Of a stretch of DNA of 37,615 bases, positions 26,699-35,800 are shown one piece after another. Numbering within the stretch: position 1 is the stretch's first letter; each line of letters starts with the position of its first letter. The notes under the pieces were generated by a model. It had not been told where the DNA came from and made no database searches. It worked only from the letters and a program-made list of their open reading frames with translations. This stretch comes from Chrysochromulina tobinii (taxonomy: Eukaryota): the NCBI GenBank assembly GCA_001275005.1, contig JWZX01003122.1, positions 1 to 37,615 of the forward strand, in the 5' to 3' direction. A program made the translations under genes and the position numbers.

Positions 26699-27468
26699 AA
26701 ACCCTCGAAGCGCCGCTGGTCGAAGGAGCTGTCCAGGCGCAGCACCTGATCTTTCAGGAAGCTTATTTGCACTCTCTCCTCTCCCAAGGGCAGGCTATCG
26801 AGAGCGCGCTGCACAAGCTCACGTGCCTCATCCCACTTCACAGTGTCCTGCGAGGCACTGCGAGCCACTCTAGTCGCGAGGTCCAAAGACATGTCTCCCA
26901 ATGAATCGCGCTTTACATTGTCCTGCGAGCCACTGCGAGCCACTCTAGTCGCGCTCGCGAGGTCCAAATACATGTTGCCCAATTGGTCGCGGATGATCGG
27001 CGGCATCACATCAGCAAGGTGTGCAGAGGCTAAGAATCGGCCGAAGGTCGAGAATTCCGGGTATAACTGCAAGTTGAAGGAGCTATCCAGGCGCAGCATC
27101 TGATCTTTAAGTCGGCTGATTCGCACTCTCTCCTCTCCCAAGGGCAGGCTATCGAGCGCGCGCTGCACAAGCTCACGTGCCTCATCCCACTTTACATTGT
27201 CCTGCGAGGCACTGCGAGCCACTCTAGTCGCGCTCGCGAGGTCCAAATACATGTTGCCCAATTGGTCGCGGATGATCGGCGGCATCACATCAGCAAGGTG
27301 TGCAGAGGCTACGAATCGGCCGAAGGTCGAGCATTCCGGGTATAACTGCAAGTTGAAGGAGCTATCCAGGCGCAGCATCTGATCTTTTAGTCGGCTGAGT
27401 TGCACTCTCTCCTCTCCCAAGGGCAGGCTATCGAGCGCGCGACGCACGAGCTCACGCCCTGCGTCCCA
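26624..27468 (-). repeat. 279-bp (93-aa) tandem LOTUS-domain repeat: two near-identical copies, a 75-bp partial linker duplication and a diverged third copy
   Basis: The Trp codon opening each unit lies at 27468, 27189 and 26835 (spacings 279 and 279+75). The DNA is nearly identical between copies 1 and 2. Confidence 0.92.
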
Positions 27469-27984
27469 GTCACCTGCTACAGCCAGGTGGTGCTGTGCGC
27501 GGGTGGACGGGACCAAAATGTATCGATCGCAGCTATTCTTCACGATCCTTGACAGCGGCGAGTCTGGGCCCACGCCAACTACGGTGCGGCCCGTTTGGCG
27601 CAAGTGGCAAAAGAGGTGGCTGAAGTCACTGTCACCTGTGGCGAGGATAAAGGTCTGAAGCTCCTTCTGCGTGTATAGCACGCCCATCACATCGACGACC
27701 ATTGCAATGTCGGCGGCCGATTTCCCCGCAACCGGATATGGCGTGTGGATGAGCTGAAAGCCATTCTCCACCAGGCCGCGCTCTAAGCCCTGCATGGTGT
27801 TCCAGTTTCCGTAGGCTTTGCGCACGATGGGATTGCCAAGCTCCACTGCCCACGAGATAAGTTGACGTGATCCACCGTCTCGGAGGAAGCCGCTCAGGTT
27901 TTCGGCGTCGACGAAGATGCCGGTTGGCGCAGAAAGCTTTGTGCACAGCGCGCGCCGTGCACCACAGTGCGCAAGGCGCCACAT
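26695..27984 (-). CDS. NYN (LabA/DUF88, PIN-like) ribonuclease with tandem LOTUS/OST-HTH domains and a probable mitochondrial presequence
   Basis: NYN motifs IFVDAENL, RKAYGNW, GKSAADIAMVVD, ILATGDSDFSHL..LRQTGRTVVGVG and CDRYI. OST-HTH motifs V.LSRLKDQMLRLDSSFN...Y...TFGRF. Arg-rich, acid-free N-terminus MWRLAHCGARRALCTK. Confidence 0.9.
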   Translation of the reverse strand: MWRLAHCGARRALCTKLSAPTGIFVDAENLSGFLRDGGSRQLISWAVELGNPIVRKAYGNWNTMQGLERGLVENGFQLIHTPYPVAGKSAADIAMVVDVMGVLYTQKELQTFILATGDSDFSHLFCHLRQTGRTVVGVGPDSPLSRIVKNSCDRYILVPSTRAQHHLAVAGDWDAGRELVRRALDSLPLGEERVQLSRLKDQMLRLDSSFNLQLYPECSTFGRFVASAHLADVMPPIIRDQLGNMYLDLASATRVARSASQDNVKWDEARELVQRALDSLPLGEERVRISRLKDQMLRLDSSFNLQLYPEFSTFGRFLASAHLADVMPPIIRDQLGNMYLDLASATRVARSGSQDNVKRDSLGDMSLDLATRVARSASQDTVKWDEARELVQRALDSLPLGEERVQISFLKDQVLRLDSSFDQRRFEGF

Positions 27985-28361
27985 GTGCTTCTCGCTCGCG
28001 AGGGGCTGGTTGGCTGGCTCTCGTGCTAGACTTTTGGAAATGAATTTCCCAAAGTCGCCGCTCGCACAGAGTGCGTCGCCTGGCTTTCGTTAGAAAAAAA
28101 CGGGTTCACACGAGTCAAGCTGGTTGGTGGCTCCACAGGCACGACCTTTTCAACTGTGCGTTGGTGTCTTCACGGAAACCGCAAGTTCCGTGCACAGCCG
28201 TTTCACACAGAGCTGTCTCGCGCTCGTAATTGTATACATGAAGGATTCGCCCGGGGCCCGTTGGCCCGGCCGCTGTGCCTTCATAATGATTCAGGGTGGG
28301 GTGGCGACCACCGGCTTCTGCGTTCACAAACTCGTTCACACGAAGACCGAACTCGGCAGTG

Positions 28362-29234
28362 ATGACTCCAGCTTATCCAGCGCCGCCTCCTGGCCACGGG
28401 TGCCACGCGGCTTACGCACCAATCGAGCCTACAGGCATCGCGCTCGGCTGGTTTTTGACGATCGCCACGCTGCTTGCGCCATTGCCGCAGTACGTGGCTC
28501 TGTGCCGCAGCCGCAGCTCATATGGTATCTCGCTGCTCACGCCATTGCTCAACCTTGTATACGGCGTGCTAAACTTATGCAGTACCATCTGCACCAAGTG
28601 GCCCTCCATCCAGCGCTGTGGCAATTCTTCGTTAGCGGGTGCATTTGGGGTCTATGGCTGCGTGGATCAGCTCCTCGACATGTGGCAAATCGCGATCAGT
28701 GCTCTGTCAGGCTCTATGATCTTGGTCCTGGTGGTGCTCTTCCCGCCGCACAACGTCGCCAAGGAGCGTGCGCTCGTCGTCGTCACGCTCAGCTGCCTCA
28801 CCCTGACCATCTTTGCCGCGTGCTACCTCAGCGCTCTCAGCCCGTGCTCGGAGGCTAGCCACACGCTGTCGCAGACCTTTGCAGTGCTCTCTGCAGTGGT
28901 CGTCGTCGTGGCCTTCGCGCCGCAGCTGTACGAGACATGGAGGACAAGGGGAGCTGGCTCCCTCTCGAGCCTCTACTACCTCATCCAATCGATAGGCACC
29001 GCTCTCGTTGTGGTCCTGCAGCTTGTCGCGCTCCGTGACTCGATCCTCGTGTGGGGCCCGAACTCAATCTCAATGGCCATGCAGGGCGGCATCTTCTCCA
29101 TGCTCTGCTACTACCGCCGCTGTGCGGGCCGTTGCAGCGGCGGCACCACAGGCACCGATCCGCTGCTCGTCGTCCAGGATTCCGCGCAGGCCGCCACCTC
29201 GGTGAACGATGGGCGATGGGAGCGCGTTGACTAG
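28362..29234 (+). CDS. PQ-loop repeat membrane transporter (cystinosin/PQLC family)
   Basis: Two PQ loops, LAPLPQYVALCRSRSSYGISL and AFAPQLYETWRTRGAGSLS, and about seven hydrophobic segments. The first in-frame ATG is 28362 (track start 28296 is GTG). Confidence 0.9.
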   Translation: MTPAYPAPPPGHGCHAAYAPIEPTGIALGWFLTIATLLAPLPQYVALCRSRSSYGISLLTPLLNLVYGVLNLCSTICTKWPSIQRCGNSSLAGAFGVYGCVDQLLDMWQIAISALSGSMILVLVVLFPPHNVAKERALVVVTLSCLTLTIFAACYLSALSPCSEASHTLSQTFAVLSAVVVVVAFAPQLYETWRTRGAGSLSSLYYLIQSIGTALVVVLQLVALRDSILVWGPNSISMAMQGGIFSMLCYYRRCAGRCSGGTTGTDPLLVVQDSAQAATSVNDGRWERVD

Positions 29235-29819
29235 CGGGTAGGCCCGCGCGGGATTCGCGGGATAGAATCTTCACCAGTTCAAACCGCCTTTTCAAGGGGG
29301 TAGGTTACGATACGCTCGGTTATATGTCCCGCCTCTCTGCGGTACTGCTGCGCTCGATACACGATGGCCGGACGGGCGGCCTTTATGTATTATGAGGTCT
29401 TTGTTCATGACACGCGACACCAGCACGACCACACGGTCGACGCACGACCGATACACCGATTATTCGTTATGACATCGCGATCCACGGGTACGGCCGTGTA
29501 CGGTCAACGGTCGTCGGTCCGGTCGCGCGCTCCGCACCGCACGTCAGACACCGCGTGGCGACCGTGTTTTTTCGGGTTGGACTCCGTTGGGGTTGGTGTC
29601 GCTACGCTGCACGTAACATCCGCACGATCATCACCGACGACCGCTCTGCCCTCGAGCTGCTCAACAACAACACCAGACGTCTCCGGACCGCAAAGTTACG
29701 ACCATGCTAAAATTCAAAGGTCCATCGTCCAACTGCCGCTACAGGATAACACCACAGGTCCAGTGGAGGGCGCAGCTCCTCTGCTGAGGAGCGCAGCTCA
29801 AACTGCTCAGAAAAGCGCC

Positions 29820-32800
29820 TCAACGGCGCGTCGCAAAGTTGGGCTCGTAGTCTTCGTCATCGACTTGCCCATCCGGCGTCTCCGCGGGCAGTGCGTCGAA
29901 GCCGTCGGCAAGCTCGTCGGTCTCGTCGGCGTGCGGCGAGCCCACGACCGAGCCATCGGTGCCTCCGGTGGCGGTGCCGTCGTGTGCGAGGAGCGAGTCG
30001 AAATCCCACAGGCGCACGGTACCGTCCGTGGAGCCCGAGAGCAAGCGCGAGTCGAGGAAGGCGAGGCAGCGCACGGAGCCCGCGTGGCCTGGCAGCTCGT
30101 TGAGGCAGCGCATCATGCGCGTGTCCCACACCTTGACCAACTGGTCGTATCCGCCTGTAAGGAGTAGACCATCCTTCTCTACCATCGTATACAACGGCCC
30201 CGACGTGGCCGATGAGCCGAGCGACCCGGACGGCTCCGGCGATGCGGTGCGTGTGTCCCAAAGCTTGACGACTCCGTCGCTGCCTGCAGTGTACAGCCGC
30301 CCCTCGGCGTGCAGCATCGACCAGATCGCACCCGAGTGCGCGTCGAGCGTAGCGGTGCAGCGCGAGCGATGCAGATCCCACAGGCGCACTGTGCCGCCCC
30401 ACGTGCCAACGGCCAGCTGGTCCTTTCGCGCCATGGCGAGCGCGTGCACCGCGTTGCGCTCTCGGGAGGCGCCGCTCTGGGCGTCCCCCGACTGGAAGAG
30501 CGAGCCGACGCAGCCACCCTCGCGAAGGTCCCACAAGCGTACCGTCTGGTCTTGTGAGCCCGAGATGAGCAGACCACGGTACGTGAGGAGCGACATGACG
30601 GCACCTTTGTGCCCCTTGAAGGAGCCGATGCACCGTCCCTCGCTCGGTCGCCAGAGCCGGATGGTCTTGTCGGCCGATCCGGAGGCGAGCGTCTCTTCGC
30701 TCGTGCGAGCGAGCGCCCACACGCGCTCCGTGTGCCCCACCATGCGCTTGAGGCAGCAGCCGTCGGTGGGGTCGAGCAGCCGCACGTCCTTGTCGCGGCC
30801 GGCACAGCTCACCACGCCGCCCACGCCCACCACGAGTGCATACACCGCCGTCTCCGACACGCCGGCGTCGCCGCCGACGCCCGCGGGCGCCGTGGTGGGC
30901 ACCGGCGTCGCGCCGGTGCGACCGCGAGTGCTCGCCACGGCGCCCACCGTCGGCTCGGCGCGTGGCGCGAGCTTGTCCTTGGGGGCGGGGGAGACGGAGC
31001 GCGGACGCGGCGAGGGCGGCGAGGGCGGCACGACCGGCGGCGGGCGCGTCGCCGAGGGCGGGCGCGTCGATTGTGGCGAGGAGGGGCGCTGCCCTCGAGG
31101 CGAGTGCGGCATCGGCTGCGGGCGGCTCGGCGGCTGACGCGCGCCGTCACGGTCAGCGTTGCGGTCGGCGGTCACCGGCGACGACGCGCGCGGGGTGGGC
31201 GCAGCACGCGGCCGTGGCGGCTTGCGCCCCGGCGTGCTTGGGCAGGGCGCCTCGCCGAAGAGCGTCGGCACGGACACAGGTGCATGCATTTGGTTCGGCT
31301 GCTGCAGCGGCGGCGCCGGCTGCGAGGGCGGCGCCTCGGGCCGCGTGCTGCGCTCGAAGGAGGCTCGTTCTGGCAGACGGCGCGCCTTGGACGGCACGGG
31401 CGAGGGGCCTCGCAGCTCGGGCAACACCGTGCCGAGCTCCTCGGCCACGTCATCCTCGTCGTGCGATTGCTGCGACGACGTGAAGGTCGCCTGGGACGAC
31501 ATGAATGCCGCAGAGCCGAGCGAGTTGATCGACTGCGTCGACGTGCGGAAGGCGGCGGCCGCGGAGGCGGCGGCCTTGGCGGACGCTGCGGCCGCCGCCG
31601 CCGCGGCCGTCGAGGCAGGCGGCAAGGACGGCGCGAGAGAGGCTCTCTGGACCTTTTCGAGCATCGCCTTCTGCTCCTCGAGCTGGCGTGCCTGCGCGGC
31701 GAGCTGTGCGGCGAGGGCCTCGTTTTGGGAGGCGAGGGCGAGGGACGCAGGCGAGGGCGAGCGGGTCGGCTGCATGAGGTATGGAGCCGGCTGGATGAGT
31801 GGTGGCGGCGGCGGAGGCGGAGGAGGGGTGGTGGGGTAGGGGGGGATCGGCGAGGGCGGCGTGGGTGGCGGCAGCTGCAGCGGCGGCGGCGGCGGCGGCG
31901 GCAGCTGCATGTGCTGTAGATAGGGCGAGGGCGGCACGTTCGAAGCTCGCTCCAAGGCGGAGTCGCGCATCTTGAGCCGCTCGCTGAGCAGTGCCACCTC
32001 CTGCTCGAGAGCCGCCTTCTCCCTCTCCAGCGTCGCGAGTTGCTTCGTGCGCCAGCTGGCTGCCAACGGCCCGCCGTCGCTCGTCACTTCGGCGAGCTGC
32101 GCGCGCAGGCCGTCGACCTCGGCCGTCGCGGCGGCGAGCGCCTCGGTCGTCTTGGCATGCTCGCGTGAAAGGCTATCCAACTTGAGCTTCTCCGCGTCCA
32201 AGTGCCGGCGCACCTCGCCCAGCGCCGCGCGTTCCGTCTCGAGTGCGTCGCTCGCGCGCCGCTGCGCCTCCGCAGCCGCCGAGGCCGCCTCCGCCTGCCG
32301 TTGGCGCAGTTCGGCCGCCTCGGCCTGCCAGCGCGACTCCGCCTGCCGCCCCTTTGACTTTTCGCGCTCCACCTCCTCGTGCGACTGGCGCGCGGCCGCC
32401 TCGTGCTTGTCTCGCATCGTCGCGAGCGCCGCGCGGTGTGCCTCGTCCAGCCGGCGCTTCTCGGCCTCGAACATCTCCGCCTGACGCGCATGCATGGCTT
32501 GCAGCTCCATCAGCTGGCCCTGGCGCGCGGCACGTAGCTTCTCATCCTCCGCATGCAAACGGCCCGCCTCCTCGAGGGAGCTTAGACGTTCCGCCTGCAC
32601 GTTCTTATTCTCCGCCTGCAGCCGCTCGTTGGCGTGGGCGAGCTCGCGAAGCGCCGCCTCATGGCGTGCGCCGAGCTCGGACAGCATCTTGGCGTGCGCG
32701 GCGTCGAGCGTCGCGCGCTCGGCCGCTGCGCGCTCGCGGAGCTCAGTCGAGATGCGCTGCACGTCGTCCTTGTACGACTGCTCGCGCAACTGGAGCTCGC

Positions 32801-35800
32801 GGATCTCGTTGAAGAGGCGCTCGTTCGCCGTCGCGAGGGCCCGCGCCGCGCCGCCGCCGCCATCAGAGTTCGGGTCGGACGAGTTGGATGTGGCGCGGTC
32901 GCCGAGCAGGTGGCTGGTCTCGCGCTCGATGCGGCTCGCGCGCGCGTGCGCCTCTCGCGCCTCGGCTTGCGCCTGATGCAGTTGATCGAGCGTCTCGTCG
33001 ACGAGGCTCTGCCGATCTCGGAGGCTCGCCTGGAGCACAGCCCGCTCGTCGCGCAGCGCCTGCGCGTCCGCGCGCTGCAGCTCGAGCGCCATCTTGAGCT
33101 GCTCGGTCGCCGCCTCGAGGGAGCGTTCGTGGCTCCGCTGCATCTCCTCCCGCAGCGCCGTCTCGCGCTGCGCCGCCTCGGCGTTCCGACGCTCGAGCTC
33201 TGCGCGGTGGGCGCCTCGCGTCGCCTCGAGCGTTGCCTCGGCGGTGAGCGCCTGCTCGAGCGCCGTCTTGAGCTCCGCCTGAGCTGCCGAGCGCACCTCC
33301 GCCACGCTCGCAAGCTGCTCGCGCTCGGCGGACGACTCGGCCCGCGACGACGCCTTCTGCGCCTCGAAGAGCTCCTCCTGCAGCTTCTTCATTTGAATCG
33401 AGTGCTCCCGCTGCGCGGCCGCAGCATGCTGGGCATGTTCGCGCTGGACCGTCGCCTCGTGCTGCGCGCGCTCCTCGCGCAGCCGAGCGATCTGCACCTC
33501 GTACCTCGCCTCGAGCAGCTCCTTCTCGCGGCGCACCGCCTCGCCGCTCGCCACCTGCTTACCCTGCTCGCTCGCTAGCTCGACGCGCAGCTCCTCGAGC
33601 AGCCGACGCAGCTCGGCAGCCGTCGCCGCCTCGGCGTGGCGTGCCTGGACCTCCTCGCGCAGCCGCAGCTCCTTGAGCTCGAGCGTCTTGCGCACCTCCT
33701 TCTCGCGCGCAGCGACCTCGCGGTGCGCCTCGAGCTGCGTGTCCACCGTCTGACGAAGCCGCTCAAGCTCGGACGAAGCTGACGAAGCCGTCTGACGAAG
33801 CCGCTCAAGCTCCGCGAGCTCCTCGGACGACGGGGGCGCACCTGCCGTCGCTGGGAGTGCGGGTGCGGGCGCTGTTGCGGGCTGTCCGGCCGCTGCGGCC
33901 GCGGCGGCCGCGGCAGTTGCGTCAGCTTGGGCGGTCCTGAGCGCCGTCTTGAGCGCATCGATCTCGTCCATGAGCTGGCCGGAGTGCCCTTGCGCGGCCT
34001 GCAGCTGCCGATGGACCTCCTCCGCCTGCGCCTGCGCAGATGCGTGCGCCTCGGCGAGCGCCTGCTGGGCTTGCTTCACTTCCTGCTGCGTGCGCGTGAG
34101 GGCGCGCTGTGACTCGGTGCGCGCGCGCGCCAGACGCTGCTCGTGCGCCGCCACGGCCGCGTCCAGCTCGGCAGCGGCGTTCTGCTCGGCGAGGGCCTTC
34201 TCATCGAGCAGCTTGGCCGCCTCCGCCTTGGCCGCTTGGAGTTGCTTGCGCAGCGCGCCAACTTCGGCGGAGCGCTCCTTCTTCGACACGCTCAGCTCCT
34301 CGCTCAGCTCCTGGGCGAGCGCCTTCTCGGCCTCAAGTGCTCGCTGTGCCGAGTCGAGACCCGCCTGCAGTGAGGCCACGCTCGCCGTCGAGTCGGCCAC
34401 TGCGGACTCGAGAGTCTCCTTTTGAGCTGCCTTGGCGGCGCGTCCCATCTTCGTGATGATCGAGGCCGCCTTGTTGCGCCGCTTATGCTCCTCGAGCTCC
34501 GCCAGTGCCGCCTCGTGCGCTGTATGGAGCGCCTCGAGCTCCGCACGCGCGCTCGCGAGCTCTTCCAAAAAGGCCGAGTCCTGATACTTCGAAGGTGAGT
34601 GCACCAGCTTGGTCGGCGAGGGCGGTGGCAGCTCGGCGATCGCTTCGCTCGCGGCGAGCGCAATCGACGACGCACGCCAGGTGCCGAAGGCGCTCGAGAG
34701 CTCGCTGAAGCTGCCCGCGGCGAGGCACGAGCCGAGTTTGGAGTAAGACGTGCGTCGAAGCGAGTCCTCCAACTGCTCCTGCGAGTTCATCGCCTGCAGC
34801 TGCATGAGCGATTTGCGCTTCGCCGCTCGCCGCTCCTCAGCCGCCTCGGCCACGGCTCCCGCGCCCACGTTCGCGGTGGCCTGCGCCTCAGCCGCCATCT
34901 CCTCGGCAAGCTTGACCTCCTGCCGCAGCTTGATGCAGGCCGAGCGCATCTCCTCGATCTCCTTGTCGCGCTTCTCGAGGTCCGCCTTCAACTTCTTCTG
35001 CATCGCGCGCGACATGTCGGACGAGACCTTGAGCTGCTCCATTTCCGCCGCGGCGTCCTTGAGCTTCTTGAGCTCCGCCGCGTCGATGCCCGCCGACGCC
35101 TTCAACTCGGCCTTGGCCAACGCCACCTGCTTCTCAGCCGCTGACACCACCTCGGCAGTCGAGGTCTTCTCTGTACTCAGAAGCTCCTCGAGGCGTGCCA
35201 CCTCTCCGCGCAGCTGGCGCGCCTGCTCGGCGAGATCGTCGTACGAGGACGTCATGGTCGCCAGCATCGTGCGCGCATGCTGCTCCGTGAGCATCGAGAC
35301 GACCAGGCGCTGCTTGTACCTCTGCAGGTCGATCAGCAGTGAGCCACTCGCGGCCGCCTCAAGCGCCGTCTCCTTGGTCTGGGCATCCGCCACATGGCTT
35401 GCAATCGACGAGGGCACCGCCGACCTTGCCAGCTGCTCGAGCAGCGAGCCCTTCCTCGAGCCTGTCCACATGCCCAGAGGCGGGAGCGTACCGCCATCGG
35501 CATCGGGTGCGCTGCCCCCTACGACTGCAGCGCCGCCACTGCCATCGAAGCCGGTGGCCTCCTTCCATTTATGGAAGACGGAGCGTACCGGCGCTTGACG
35601 CGCTTCATTCCAATAGGAGAGCACGCCCCACGCCTTGGCAGCGAGCGCCGCCATGGCCACCGGGTTGGAGGCGGCCGCCGTGTCGGCTTCGGCCGCCTCC
35701 GCCGCCTGCTTCAGGTGCGCGCGTGCCTCTCGGATACGCTCCCACGTGTGCTCCAGCTCCGCCTCGCGCTGTGCCGCCGCACGCAACTGGCCCAGGACCT

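Noticed and set aside
26660..26705. Intron as the explanation for the NYN-LOTUS frame break
   Set aside because: Homology to the LOTUS repeat resumes immediately after the stop, leaving no room for an intron; the GTTTCT donor is poor and the next AG would remove conserved residues.
28124..28858. 244-aa plus-strand ORF overlapping the PQ-loop gene
   Set aside because: Alternative frame of a well-supported gene, non-ATG start, no motifs.
29364..30167. 267-aa plus-strand ORF
   Set aside because: Spans the convergent 3' spacer and the antisense of the WD40 end; no recognisable domain.
31790..31910. Formin call based on the polyproline tract
   Set aside because: No FH2 domain follows; the downstream region is low-complexity, then WD40.
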